A stretch of 64,000 nucleotides of DNA from a virus. Shown here piece after piece: positions 45,112 to 55,655 of the stretch; position 1 is the first letter of the stretch, and the number at the start of each line of letters is the position of its first letter. A program made the translations under genes and the position numbers. The notes under the pieces were generated by a model. That model was not told the origin of the DNA, did not search any database, and worked only from the letters and a program-made list of their open reading frames with translations. The DNA is taken from the IMG/VR virus record IMGVR_UViG_3300049016_000019, positions 238 to 64,237 of that record; one strand, 5' to 3'.

Positions 45112-47571
45112 TTACGCCTTGACCTTCAGCACACGGAACGCGCCGTCAACCAGCACCTTGGAGCTGTTACGCCACACGGCAAGCAGTCCACGCTGACCGG
45201 ACGGGCGGTTGTTGGCCGTAGCGAACAGGTGGGGAACAAGCTCCACCTGCATACCGACGCGGTCCACAATCAGGAACTGCTGAAAGTCGCCAAGCAGCAG
45301 AAGCTTGGTGCCAGACGCCACAGAATATGCCGCCATCTCCGAAGCCTCGAACGCCTGGTAGCCGATAAGCTGCGGAGGCGTCCCATCCGAGAAGCGCGCC
45401 CACATCTCCGGACCGTCAGTTGACGCAAGCTGCCTAATGGTGTTGTACATCGACTTGTTGGCAAGGAACTTGGCGTTCCGGCGCCACCTGGGCGGAAGCG
45501 CATCGTCCAGGGCGTACACATCCCCGGCCGCGAAAGAGAGCGAGCCAGCCGTTTCTACCTCACTACCGGCACCCAGGCCCGCGACAACACCCTCGGGGAA
45601 CACGGTCGTACCAACGCCGTTCACAAACGCGTCGGCCTCTTCTGTGGCCTTGGCGTCCGTCAGAAGGCGGCCCATCTCAGCCCGCATCTGCGACCAGTCC
45701 TGGTCGATCTCGAACGAGAACGGGATGAAGCCGGTAACCCTGGTCGGGGTGACCTCGGGCTGGACCAGCGTGGGCTCATTCAGCCCAACCTCTGCCGCCT
45801 CCGCCGAACGGGACACGGTAATGCCAGCGGAGCTAACACCCTGCCAGGTCTTACCGACAATCTGCTCAACCCGAGAGATCGAGCGCAGCGGGTCAACGAC
45901 GCCATCCGAAGTCAGAATGACCGTGGGGTCAAGCTGATACGGAACAGCGAACCCGCCAGTAGCACCCGCGCCAACAGCAAGCGCAGCACGCTCTTCGCTG
46001 GTCAGGGTATTGGTGCTGAGCGTCAGCATGGCCTTGCCGAACGCACGGTCATAGACCGGCGAACCAGTCGCCAGGATACGGCGGGCAAGCGTGCCGTCCT
46101 TGTCGTCCACGTTGTCCAGCAGGCGGGCCACAGACTCCTGTGCCGCCTCGCGGGAGGTGCTACCGGGGAAGCGGGCCTGCTCCACGGCGCGCATGGCGTT
46201 GTCACGGTACAGCATGCCAAGCTCGTCAACGGAGCGGGCCTGCGACCGGATCTCGCCCAGGTCGTAGATGTTGCTAGGGCGACGCACGCTGCGAGAGGAC
46301 GACTTCCGCACGGGGCGGTCGAGGTTGCTCTCGTCACCAGCAAGCGACTTCAGCTCAGCGGCGCGCTCAGTAGCAGCGATGATCGCGTCGTCGTGCTCCA
46401 GGTACTCCTTGCGAAGACTGTTCCACTCGCCCTGAGTCTCCTCGGGAAGGGTGGCACCGCTGAACTCGCGGTCGATCTCAGCAAGGCGAGACTTGATCTC
46501 GCTCTGGCGAGACACCCTCTCCTCAACCGTCATAGGCTCATTCATGGGGACACTTTCCTTTCGTGTCTCGTTAGTTTCTGTTTCTACGTGTCCCGATGAG
46601 GTGCCCTCGCGGGCGGCGTCCTCGGGGTTCTCACCTTCGGGGGAGGTGCCCTCTTGGGCGGCGTCCCCTTCTGGAAGTTCTGTGGTTGCGTCAGCCGCCT
46701 TCTCGTCGTCCATCTGGACGTTGTACTTCTTGAGCGCGGCCTTGATCTTTCCCTTGATCTTGGCAAGCTGCTCAGGCGTGTACTTAGCGGCGTTCTTCGG
46801 CATGTTGATGTAGGACCAGGCGGCCTTGCAGTGATCCTCGCTGTCCAGGGGATAGCGCTTCTTGCCGTCCTTCTGGTAACCGGGGTCGGCGTAAGTCACG
46901 TCGCCATAGGGCTTCTTGGGATCGTCGGCTCGCTCGTCGTCATCCGCTTCAGCCGTCCGCCGGTACTCGTCCAGCAGCGCCTCGCGGTCCTCTTCAGTGA
47001 TGGACCGAACGCCGACACTCGTCTCGGCATACGCCGGGAAGACGACAGGGCCAGCCTCGAACAGTTCAACCTCGCGGATGGTACGGGCCAGAGGGCCGCG
47101 CTCCCCCGCATCCCAGAGCAGCCGTCCAAGCTCCTCGTCCCGCACGGAGTTTCCGTCGATGTCATGCCAGGCGTCGCGAACTACCCTGAAACGAAAGGAC
47201 ATGCCCGAAATTGCTCCGCCTTCAATTGCCTGGCGAATGGGCTCTACGACGTCGTTTGGGAAAAGTCGTGCCGAGACGAACAGACCTTGCTCGTCCTCTC
47301 GGATGGACTCAAACCGGCCTATCGGGATACTGCCCGTCCGTACGTCGTGTCCGTGATCAAACTGGAGAACGGGCGTACGCTCTGTGATGGTCTTCGCGAA
47401 GGCGCCCCGCGCAATACGTTCCGTGAATCTTCCCTCGTGAGAGTTGATCTCCGTAGGGGTGTCGAAAACGGCGGCGTAACCCTCAAGGGTCCTGCCGTCC
47501 CCGCTCGCTCGCTCTTCTGAAGTTACAGGCGTGAAGTCAACTGCCCGCAGGCAGAGGCGATTGGGTTTCAT
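45112..47571 (-). CDS. Fused HK97-type prohead protease + DUF6582-like domain + major capsid protein
   Basis: GRTLEGYAAVF..LQFDH..GMSFRF..LFEAG.V.FPAY; PYGDVTYADPG..RYPLD..AAWSYIN; GGFAVP..E.AEV..LLLGDF. Confidence 0.92.
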   Translation of the reverse strand: MKPNRLCLRAVDFTPVTSEERASGDGRTLEGYAAVFDTPTEINSHEGRFTERIARGAFAKTITERTPVLQFDHGHDVRTGSIPIGRFESIREDEQGLFVSARLFPNDVVEPIRQAIEGGAISGMSFRFRVVRDAWHDIDGNSVRDEELGRLLWDAGERGPLARTIREVELFEAGPVVFPAYAETSVGVRSITEEDREALLDEYRRTAEADDDERADDPKKPYGDVTYADPGYQKDGKKRYPLDSEDHCKAAWSYINMPKNAAKYTPEQLAKIKGKIKAALKKYNVQMDDEKAADATTELPEGDAAQEGTSPEGENPEDAAREGTSSGHVETETNETRKESVPMNEPMTVEERVSRQSEIKSRLAEIDREFSGATLPEETQGEWNSLRKEYLEHDDAIIAATERAAELKSLAGDESNLDRPVRKSSSRSVRRPSNIYDLGEIRSQARSVDELGMLYRDNAMRAVEQARFPGSTSREAAQESVARLLDNVDDKDGTLARRILATGSPVYDRAFGKAMLTLSTNTLTSEERAALAVGAGATGGFAVPYQLDPTVILTSDGVVDPLRSISRVEQIVGKTWQGVSSAGITVSRSAEAAEVGLNEPTLVQPEVTPTRVTGFIPFSFEIDQDWSQMRAEMGRLLTDAKATEEADAFVNGVGTTVFPEGVVAGLGAGSEVETAGSLSFAAGDVYALDDALPPRWRRNAKFLANKSMYNTIRQLASTDGPEMWARFSDGTPPQLIGYQAFEASEMAAYSVASGTKLLLLGDFQQFLIVDRVGMQVELVPHLFATANNRPSGQRGLLAVWRNSSKVLVDGAFRVLKVKA

Positions 47572-47800
47572 CTGTCATCCTCCTTTGGCTGCGGGCTTCA
47601 TTTATCAGCTCTGGGTAGGCGTCAATGACCCACTGCGCAAGGTCAATCGCCCGTTGGCCGCAAGGCTGCGGCACGCACCACAACTCCAGGTTCTCTGGAC
47701 GATTGTCGTGTCGAACGCCATTTTTGTGATAATGCATCGGACACCACCCCTGGGCCTGAACCGCCTTAGTACACCCGTCAGGATGCTTACATATTTTCAT
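47537..47800 (-). pseudogene. Internally deleted HNH homing endonuclease remnant
   Basis: C..PDGC..AQGWCPMHY joined directly to HKNGVRHDNRPENLELW; intervening EHR..V segment absent. Confidence 0.6.
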
Positions 47801-47803
47801 GCG

Positions 47804-49258
47804 CTAATCTCCTGCGGGCTTGCTAGGGCCGGGCTTCGGTGTTGGCTTCGGGGCTGTCGGCTTGGGCGCCCCTGCTGCTGGCTTGACTGGCGCTGGCTGC
47901 GCCCCTGGGGCGCCAGGCTTCGGCGCGGCGGGCTGACCGCCCTCGGGGAGCGGCGGTTGAAGCTGAACCGAGAACAGGCCGGTATGCTTGAGCAGTCGCC
48001 AATCCTCTTTCAGGACCGCCTCGACAACCGAGTCTGGCGTGTATCCATCCTGGACAAGCTTGGCGATCGTGGACGCTTCCTGCGCCTGGATCTCTGACAA
48101 GTCCTTACGGTCCTCGCGCAGGAATGGAATGTCGCGGTCGTCGTACCAGAGTCGCGAGTCCGGGGGTAGTAGAATGATCGGCTCATACGCCGCGCATATG
48201 GATCGCCACAGCGGGCGGAGCGTGCCGTCCGCGAACGCGTCCTTGGCCGCCTTGAAGTTGCCCGCGTTGAGAGACGATCCCTGCATACCTTCGGACAGTC
48301 CGACGATGACCGGATGCACTCGGGCGGCGGCGGCGATGCGGGTTTCTCCCGCGCCCTGTGTGACCTTGAAATCCATCTGCTGGAGGTCTGTGCCGACCAC
48401 TGTAACGTCGGCGCCTCCACCCAGGTACAGGGTTTCGTACGCGTGCTCTACGCCGTGCTTGCCCTCGTTCATGGCTTGCATGAACTTCCGGAACTGTTCC
48501 TCGGTCACCGTCTCCTTGAAGGAAACCGCAAGGTTCGGAGTGGCGGCATTCTCAAAGAACTTGCCCTTGTGCTCTGTTGCGGCCTTGTCTGACGTGATCT
48601 CCCGGATAACCGGGGTAATCCAACTCATCCCACGATACTGGGCAGTTGGGTCGGGGATCGGCGCCCAGTGGGCAATCCGGCCCTGAGAACCGTCGATAGG
48701 GTAGAGCTTCCAAAGGTCCTTGTCCTGCGTGTTCCCTGGCCGGTACAGGTAGCCAGCCACGTCCGTCTCCACCGCGTCCTCGGGAGGGGCGGTCAGGATA
48801 ATGTCCGTCCAGTCGGGACGCAGGCGCCGGATGCGGGGGCCGTTGCGAACGATATAGTGGTTGCCTGCAAGGTCAGCGTCCTGCAAAGCCCGCGAAAGAA
48901 GCTCTCCCGTAGTGCCGTTGGGCCAGGGGTGCTCAAGGACTCGAAGATCGTTATTGCCGAACAGGTCTCCTGGGCGTCCGGCCCGAAGGCGCTGAAACTG
49001 AAAGCGCGCCTCGCTGAAGATCATCTGACGGGCGGTGATGCACGCGAACACGACCCCATCGGACTTGTAGGCCCCAGCTACGTAGCCCTCGAAACTGTTC
49101 CCGATCTCCTCGACGTTGCGCCCGCGCCCAACGCCCGTGATCGGATATCCCATGCCCTGATAGCCGAACCACTGTTCGGCCCAATCGTCAACCGACAGGC
49201 GCTCTTCCATCTTGGGTGGCTGTGAGCGGCCGAAGAGGTTTGACCAGATGTTAGGCAT
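47804..49258 (-). CDS. Portal protein (HK97 family)
   Basis: AY..VVFACI..R..G.YRGMSWI..F.N.A.P..IAAAARVHP.IVG; P/A/K-rich tail. Confidence 0.92.
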   Translation of the reverse strand: MPNIWSNLFGRSQPPKMEERLSVDDWAEQWFGYQGMGYPITGVGRGRNVEEIGNSFEGYVAGAYKSDGVVFACITARQMIFSEARFQFQRLRAGRPGDLFGNNDLRVLEHPWPNGTTGELLSRALQDADLAGNHYIVRNGPRIRRLRPDWTDIILTAPPEDAVETDVAGYLYRPGNTQDKDLWKLYPIDGSQGRIAHWAPIPDPTAQYRGMSWITPVIREITSDKAATEHKGKFFENAATPNLAVSFKETVTEEQFRKFMQAMNEGKHGVEHAYETLYLGGGADVTVVGTDLQQMDFKVTQGAGETRIAAAARVHPVIVGLSEGMQGSSLNAGNFKAAKDAFADGTLRPLWRSICAAYEPIILLPPDSRLWYDDRDIPFLREDRKDLSEIQAQEASTIAKLVQDGYTPDSVVEAVLKEDWRLLKHTGLFSVQLQPPLPEGGQPAAPKPGAPGAQPAPVKPAAGAPKPTAPKPTPKPGPSKPAGD

Positions 49259-49412
49259 CGTCGTCGCCCTCCTTCATATTCAGCACGCTCACCATGACAA
49301 ACAGAACAAGTCCGGCACCCGCGAGACCGTACTGCCCGAACTGCCATACAGCAGCAGCGGACAGCATCGCGTACGCGATAGCCAGAGCCAACAGCGCTTC
49401 ATGTCTCTTCAT
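49251..49412 (-). CDS. Small two-TM protein between terminase and portal
   Basis: Hand translation MKRHEALLALAIAYAMLSAAAVWQFGQYGLAGAGLVLFVMVSVLNMKEGDDDA. Confidence 0.6.
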   Translation of the reverse strand: MKRHEALLALAIAYAMLSAAAVWQFGQYGLAGAGLVLFVMVSVLNMKEGDDDA

Positions 49413-50951
49413 TCAGCGCCTCACAATCCAGGGCTCGGCGGACTTCGGCTTCTCAAGAACCATCTTCCGATGTCCCCAGATTGCGATCGTCGCGGAGACG
49501 AGCGGCGAGATATCGACCGTCGAACTCCGCTTATCCCAAGCCCACATGTCGGAAACGACTCGCGTGTCCGCCCCGGCGAGGGCCGCGTTGAGCGGCGGCT
49601 GGCCCTTGTGGACCACGTCGGGATCGTTTCCCTTGCGGGGCACTATCGATGAAACAAACGATCCGCACGCCTCCGCATACTCGCGGGTGATAGGACTGAG
49701 AACCGTGATCCCAGCGTCCTCAAGAGGGCCGATGAAACCGCTCGCCTGCTGACCTTTATCAATGACGACGGCTGCGATCTTGTTGTTTCGGCAGATCTCT
49801 TTGACTCGGGGTACCACCCACTGCGTACCTGGACGGTGATCGTAACGATCTTCTGTAGACGTGATCTCGACATGAATCTCGCCCTCGTCGTTCTTTCCGG
49901 CCGCTGCGATACACGAGAACTTGCGATCAGGCGTCGTATCTACGGCCAGCACTAGATGCTCATCATCGACTATGTCGGAGAGTTCGTCAGCTCTTGCCAT
50001 CCATGCGTCTTCGCTGATGACCGACCACTGATCACCCTCGACCGGCCACGTGCCCACGCCCAGGCGCTCTCTGGCGAACGTCTCGTCGTCCATGGAATGG
50101 AACTCAGCCTGAACATGCTCCGCGCTGATTCGAATACCCAGGGCGGGATTGGCCTTAGCCCAGGATTCGAGCGTGTCCGGCTTGTCGTGATCCGTGCAAC
50201 CCGGAATGCAGAAGTCCGTACAGGCGTCGATTGACCATTCGCAGTAGAACAGCCGCTTGGCCCTATCCCCTCCCTTAAGGCCACGCTGTCGTACCGACCC
50301 AAGCTGCGTAGATTCCTTGTCACCAGCAGAACCCGTATACCAGATCTGCGAGTTGGGCCGCGCCGAAAGGACCGGCATTAGGGCGCCCACCTGGCCGGAG
50401 TTGAGGATCATCGCCTCATCCAGGATCAGGCAGTCGCCCGTGAAGCCACGCCCACCAACCTTGGTACGAGTAAAGAACTTGAGGCGCTGACCGTTCTTAA
50501 GGATAATCCCCTCTTCACCGTGAGAACGCGGCGTAGACTTGATCTCCTTCTCTAGGTCTGGGCAGCCTTCCAGCAGTTGCAGGATGCGCTCAAACGCTTC
50601 CTTGGATGTGGCGAACTGGTGAGCAGAGTGAATGATCAAACGCTCACCGAACAAGAACAGCCCGGCAAGCTCTCTAGCTTCCAGCAGCGAGCCCTTGCCA
50701 TTCTGTCGGGACACGACCAACGCAACCTCGAACGCAGCCCACTTGCGCTGATGCTGGTCGAGTATCGGATTCCAGAACGTCTCCTCGCGCTGCGCGCACG
50801 CTTGTTCCATCACCCATATCTGCCATGGGTCAAGCTGAAGACCCGCCAGCTCCGAGAGGTCGGCCACTTCCCTGCCCAGGGAGCCCAGACTTGGCGGCAC
50901 GTGCTGAAGTCTTGGGAGCTGATGACCCAATATTTCCTCGGATGAGTTCAA
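49413..50951 (-). CDS. terL: Terminase large subunit
   Basis: VSRQNGKG Walker A, LILDEA Walker B, LAVD RNaseH-like nuclease, DISPL. Confidence 0.95.
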   Translation of the reverse strand: MNSSEEILGHQLPRLQHVPPSLGSLGREVADLSELAGLQLDPWQIWVMEQACAQREETFWNPILDQHQRKWAAFEVALVVSRQNGKGSLLEARELAGLFLFGERLIIHSAHQFATSKEAFERILQLLEGCPDLEKEIKSTPRSHGEEGIILKNGQRLKFFTRTKVGGRGFTGDCLILDEAMILNSGQVGALMPVLSARPNSQIWYTGSAGDKESTQLGSVRQRGLKGGDRAKRLFYCEWSIDACTDFCIPGCTDHDKPDTLESWAKANPALGIRISAEHVQAEFHSMDDETFARERLGVGTWPVEGDQWSVISEDAWMARADELSDIVDDEHLVLAVDTTPDRKFSCIAAAGKNDEGEIHVEITSTEDRYDHRPGTQWVVPRVKEICRNNKIAAVVIDKGQQASGFIGPLEDAGITVLSPITREYAEACGSFVSSIVPRKGNDPDVVHKGQPPLNAALAGADTRVVSDMWAWDKRSSTVDISPLVSATIAIWGHRKMVLEKPKSAEPWIVRR

Positions 50952-51168
50952 GCCTGCTCACCTCCCCTTGCTCCTTCGGGATTGCCGCTATGTCTTCCAT
51001 GACTTTCGTCAAGCGAAGCACCAGCGCGGCGGTATCTCCCGTACGCAGCTTGGACATGTTGCACGAGTTGCATCGGTTGCCTTCAAGTTCATGGACAAGA
51101 TAGTCGCGTATTGCTTCAAGCGCCCTGCGTTCATCCCCCGAACTCACAGCTTCATGCAGATCGCCCAT
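50830..51168 (-). CDS. terS: Terminase small subunit
   Basis: GDERRALEAIRD.L...DTAAL..RL..V..DI actinophage TerS pattern; immediately upstream of terL. Confidence 0.75.
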   Translation of the reverse strand: MGDLHEAVSSGDERRALEAIRDYLVHELEGNRCNSCNMSKLRTGDTAALVLRLTKVMEDIAAIPKEQGEVSRLELIRGNIGSSAPKTSARAAKSGLPGQGSGRPLGAGGSSA

Positions 51169-51461
51169 CAGTAACCACACCTCGTACAGGTTCCGTTGTC
51201 GAACACGTGGCTGTTCTTCTTGTGGACCGTCTTCATGTAACCAGGAAGCACATGATCAATAATGTTGGTCGTAAGACCGTCCACCATGTGGGCCGGAACC
51301 CCGGCCGCCTTCAGGAGCCTATGGAGCGTCGTCCACTTATGGAGCGCGCCGATCCACTTTGCCAGGCCCTTGCCCTTCGTCCAGTAGTTCCATAGCGCCG
51401 TGCCAGGGCCGTAGGGGAGTTTCGATACGTCACGCTCCATATCATCCCTCCAGTCCATCAA
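51168..51461 (-). CDS. Conserved small phage protein
   Basis: LWNYWTKGKGLAKW..HKWTTLHRLL motif; TAATG overlap with terS. Confidence 0.6.
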   Translation of the reverse strand: MMDWRDDMERDVSKLPYGPGTALWNYWTKGKGLAKWIGALHKWTTLHRLLKAAGVPAHMVDGLTTNIIDHVLPGYMKTVHKKNSHVFDNGTCTRCGY

Positions 51462-53730
51462 TGGCGGTTACGCGCGGATTCGCCGGTACGTAGTATGTCC
51501 TGTCCTCGGGGTCAACCTTCTTGACTCGGGCACCAGTTGCTTTGGTTTCTACGCCCATGGTTACGGTCGGAATCGGAGCTGTCGAGGCCATGGTGCCGAT
51601 GGCGTAACCGCCGACGAACTCCATGCCTATCGGCTGCGGGGCTGTAGCAGCTATCGTTGCAGACGCCAGCAACGAGCCATCCATGGCCGCCGTTGGCGAC
51701 GGCAGGATGACGTGAACCCGATCCGCCTCCGACTCGCCGCCAAGGTCTGCCGTTGCGGCCGGAGCCGTGGCCCCGGTGAAGTCGCCAGAGATGGACAGCG
51801 AGCCATCCACGTTGACCGTTGGCGACGGCCAGTTCTTGGCTATCGTGCCAGAGACGTTAACGGCACCGTTGACGTCTATAGCGACCTGCGGAGCCAGAGG
51901 CGACAGTAGCGCAACAACATCGCTGGGCGGGTTGATCGCCACGATGATCGCAGGATGGCCGCCGTTGGTGCCGGAGTTGACTGTGAGCGTCCGACTGTAC
52001 GTTCCGGCACTTATGTCCCGATTCGAGTCATAGACCGCCAGCGCGCGCATGCGGTCTACGGTCATCGTGCCGAAGTCTTTGCGTTCGGCGTCTGACGCGT
52101 CGCTGCTCGTACTAGTTGACACCGTGGCGGGCGGAGGCTCTTCAATCACGCTAGCCGCAGACGACAGCCAGACCGTTCCAGTGGTCGTCACGCTGCCCGT
52201 AGACTGACCTGCCGCCGTGCCCGTCGCGCCATTGTGCGCCTGGATCGGATTGTCGCCATCGACGCCCCGATAAGACGCTCCGGCGACCTGCCAGACGGCA
52301 GCCGTTCCAACGCTCCACGTGTACGATGCTGGCTCACTCGCGCCCGCGATCTTGTACCAGGCACTCAGGCCGATGACGCCACTACCGCCGTTAACCAGAC
52401 GGATCTTCGTCCAGCCGGACGGGGCGGTAGGGTCAGCCGCGCCCGTGTAGCTATTGACGTAGGTCAGCATCAAGTCGCCCTGGATGGTGCCAGTCGGCTT
52501 GTCCAGAGCTAGCGTTCCGCTGTTCGTGGTTGACGCTTCCGAGGCCGCGACGAACGATATGCCACTGGTGATGGCTACCGAACCGGCAACATCCACGACC
52601 GGCGAGAGCGGCGCTACGGCCAGGGTCCCGCTTGCCGTGACGCTTCCATTGACGTCCGCTGTTGCAGCGGGAGCAATCGCGTTCAGCGGGTTCTGAGCTG
52701 CCTCGATATCGACCGTTGGCAATGGGGCGTTGACTCTCTCAACGTCGCCCTCGGCGGTGAGCGTGCCGGTTATGTCAACGGTCGGCACCGGAGCTTCTGG
52801 AGTGAGCGATCCTACCGGAACGCCCGCAAACAACACTACGGGCATCGGTGCAGTCGCATCCAACTCGCCCGTAAGGCCAACGACATCATCATTCGACGGC
52901 AACGCCGCACCGGGGATCAGACGGCCGGGGGCCGCACTCTGGTCCGGAGGTTCAGTCGCCTGTCGTACTGTCACGTACGGCAAAGGCGCATCCGGGCTTA
53001 GAACGCCCTGGACATCCGTACCTATCGCACCATCGATGTTCGCCACCGTGGGCGTAGGCGCCGATGCCGCGAACGACCCCGCAGGTGCAGGTGCGAGGAT
53101 CACGGTGTACATCGCACCGTTGGTAACCGTACCGCTGCTGTTTACCGTGTACGCGTAAGCACCGCTCGGGCGTCCAAGCTGGTAATACAGGGCGCCGTTG
53201 CGAGTCGATGCACCGCCATCAAAACCCCAGTCGGCCGCTTCCGTGCCCGCATCGGTCGTAGTATGCGTGACCGCAGTTGGCTGGTCGTCCCGTGATGCGC
53301 GGAACGTCAGTACAGCAACGTCGCTCGTGGTCGCCGTAGCGCTAGGGGCTGTGGCCGGATCTTGCGTAGTGTACGACGCTTTAGCTGAAGCCTGAATCGG
53401 CGAAACGTTGTTTACGCCACGGAAGGTGAAGAGGCCGACACCCCAAATGCCCCCGGTGTCAACGTTCCAGCTATAAGTACTCGGCTCCGAACTGCCCGCC
53501 ACTTTGTAGTACATCGTGGCATGAATGTTCGTAGTATCCGTAGCGGTATTGATTAGCGTCCAGCCGCTGGGGGGCGTCAAGGTGTGAACGCTGTCAGCCG
53601 CCTTGTAGACCGCAGCGATGATCACGTCACCTTGCGCGGTTCCAGTGGGCTTAGGAGAGTTGAGCGCAGTAGTGCTAAAATCGCCCGCCGCATTACTTAC
53701 GGTCGAGCCAGCGACATAGGAGATAGCCAC
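51442..53730 (-). CDS. Fibre-like virion protein A (762 aa)
   Basis: Two KPTG..GD..PSGWT modules, APxPxV repeats, C-terminal PEDRT motif. Confidence 0.7.
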   Translation of the reverse strand: MAISYVAGSTVSNAAGDFSTTALNSPKPTGTAQGDVIIAAVYKAADSVHTLTPPSGWTLINTATDTTNIHATMYYKVAGSSEPSTYSWNVDTGGIWGVGLFTFRGVNNVSPIQASAKASYTTQDPATAPSATATTSDVAVLTFRASRDDQPTAVTHTTTDAGTEAADWGFDGGASTRNGALYYQLGRPSGAYAYTVNSSGTVTNGAMYTVILAPAPAGSFAASAPTPTVANIDGAIGTDVQGVLSPDAPLPYVTVRQATEPPDQSAAPGRLIPGAALPSNDDVVGLTGELDATAPMPVVLFAGVPVGSLTPEAPVPTVDITGTLTAEGDVERVNAPLPTVDIEAAQNPLNAIAPAATADVNGSVTASGTLAVAPLSPVVDVAGSVAITSGISFVAASEASTTNSGTLALDKPTGTIQGDLMLTYVNSYTGAADPTAPSGWTKIRLVNGGSGVIGLSAWYKIAGASEPASYTWSVGTAAVWQVAGASYRGVDGDNPIQAHNGATGTAAGQSTGSVTTTGTVWLSSAASVIEEPPPATVSTSTSSDASDAERKDFGTMTVDRMRALAVYDSNRDISAGTYSRTLTVNSGTNGGHPAIIVAINPPSDVVALLSPLAPQVAIDVNGAVNVSGTIAKNWPSPTVNVDGSLSISGDFTGATAPAATADLGGESEADRVHVILPSPTAAMDGSLLASATIAATAPQPIGMEFVGGYAIGTMASTAPIPTVTMGVETKATGARVKKVDPEDRTYYVPANPRVTAIDGLEG

Positions 53731-53885
53731 CGGTTACCCCCTACATCCTGGGACGAAAACCTAGATCTCAAGCTCCCTGGATGACGCCGTATCCTCCACA
53801 TCGTCATCGAACTTTTCGCAAAGCAGCCAAAAATTGAGCGTGCGATGCGGCACTTCCGTGGAGTACCAAAACATCCAACGCTTCC

Positions 53886-55634
53886 CTACTCCTCTTCGGG
53901 CACCAAGTACGTCCTAGCCTGCGGTTCGATGTACTTCGTGCGATCCTCCGGCTGAACCTCGATCACCCTTTCGCCAACGACCTTGGTTTCGATCCCTAGG
54001 AGCATCTCCGCCCTAGGCGCATCCGGCGACATGGTCCCGACGACTGTCACAGCGCCCTCGGTATCGGCCGTAGCAGCCGGGGCGATAGCGACAATGACAT
54101 CCAACTCTCGTGTGCCATTGATGTCAGCCGTGACAGCAGGGGCAGTTGCGTTCAGTGGACCGCCGTGGAAAATACTGCCGCCGAAGTCCACCGTGGGCGG
54201 GCCGGGCCAGTTCTTGGCGATCGTACCGCTGACGTTGACCGTACCGGAAACATCCAAGGAACTACCGGCTGACGGGGCAATCGCTGCCACCGATCCTGTT
54301 GCCGACTGAACGCCAGGCTTCAGTACGAGCGACATGGCAGCCCACACGTTCGAAACGCTGTGCGTAGCCGTCCGCGTACCAGTTGCCCCACTCGCCGTCA
54401 ACTGCTGGGCATCTAGAGCGACAACCGTCCAGCCGAAGTTCTGGTCTGCGATCTCAGTCATTCCGGTCGGCGTAGAAAACGTTCCCGCGTTCTGCGACGT
54501 AAAGCCGCAAACCAGGAAGTACGTATCCGTTCCGGTAGTGGTGGGAGCGACCGCCGCCGTAGCGGCCGTAGCTGAAGCTCCATAAGTAGAAGCCACAGCT
54601 ATCGGCGTATTGGTGTCCACGCCCGTGAACGCCACGACGCACACGACTCCATCTGACGCTGCGGTAGCTCCGAAAGTATAAGTCGCCGGTTCGCTTCCCG
54701 TCGCAACCTTCCAGAACGTTCGTGCATGCATCGCGCTTGTGACGTTGGAATCCGGCCCCGTCTGCGCCCAGCCTGCGGGGGCCGTTAGAGCGGAAGCGGG
54801 ACCGTCAGGATCGGTGGCCGTGAAGGCCAGCAAGAAATCACCCGACACGGTCCCTGTCGGCAAAGCAGCAACTGACGTTGTAGCGCCGCTGTTGGTTCCG
54901 AACGATGTGGAGCGCACAGCTATGCCGGAAGGCGCCGCCGATGTGCCGGTAAGATCAACACACGCCGCTGGGGCCGTAGCGTCCAGCGTGTTGGTAATGA
55001 CCTCTTCGGCAAGTGCAAGTGTCCGCGAAATGCTGTTCGTCGGTGCTGCGCTAGCGTCTATCGACAGTCCGAGAACGGTTCCGGTCGCCAGGTTCGTCAT
55101 GTCGTACATGCCGGTGCTGTACGCCAAGTTAACTTCAGAACTACCGATATCCGCCCGCTCGTTTGCTCCAGATGCGCTGTACGTCAACGAGGTGGTCGAA
55201 CTGATGCGTCGGCACGTACGAATGTGTACGACCTTGGACGGTGTCGTAACGCCGCTGACAGACGGCCCAGTTACCGGATCTGTTGACCCAGACGTTGACA
55301 CATTGCCCGAGATGGGACTAGTGGTCCTGACTCCCCTGTACGCAATGATGGCACCGTGAAGAGCGCACCCATCACCGTCGCTAGTCCACGAGTAGCTAGA
55401 AGGCTCGCTCGCTCCAGCGAACTTGTAGTAAATAAAACTATGCAGAGAGGAGGTACCCGCCTGCGTTTCCGAATAAAGCGTCCAGCCGCTGGGAGCGTTT
55501 GTTCCTGTACCGTCCGCCCCTATGGCGGCTAGAAGGAAATCGCCCTGTATGGTACCTGTCGGCTTATTTATCGTAACCGTAGTTACGTTATCCAGTCCGC
55601 CCTTGGTTGCTACTGCGACAAAGGTAACAGGCAC
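53886..55634 (-). CDS. Fibre-like virion protein B (582 aa)
   Basis: Paralog of A; shared SGTIAKNWP and C-terminal G.ETK..G.RV..V.PEDRT. Confidence 0.7.
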   Translation of the reverse strand: MPVTFVAVATKGGLDNVTTVTINKPTGTIQGDFLLAAIGADGTGTNAPSGWTLYSETQAGTSSLHSFIYYKFAGASEPSSYSWTSDGDGCALHGAIIAYRGVRTTSPISGNVSTSGSTDPVTGPSVSGVTTPSKVVHIRTCRRISSTTSLTYSASGANERADIGSSEVNLAYSTGMYDMTNLATGTVLGLSIDASAAPTNSISRTLALAEEVITNTLDATAPAACVDLTGTSAAPSGIAVRSTSFGTNSGATTSVAALPTGTVSGDFLLAFTATDPDGPASALTAPAGWAQTGPDSNVTSAMHARTFWKVATGSEPATYTFGATAASDGVVCVVAFTGVDTNTPIAVASTYGASATAATAAVAPTTTGTDTYFLVCGFTSQNAGTFSTPTGMTEIADQNFGWTVVALDAQQLTASGATGTRTATHSVSNVWAAMSLVLKPGVQSATGSVAAIAPSAGSSLDVSGTVNVSGTIAKNWPGPPTVDFGGSIFHGGPLNATAPAVTADINGTRELDVIVAIAPAATADTEGAVTVVGTMSPDAPRAEMLLGIETKVVGERVIEVQPEDRTKYIEPQARTYLVPEEE

Positions 55635-55655
55635 CGCTTACCCCTCTCGCGCCTA

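Noticed and set aside
53740-53865. 37-aa ORF (MFWYSTEVPHRTL...) in the gap between fibre genes
   Set aside because: No recognisable motif and weak RBS; cannot be distinguished from intergenic sequence
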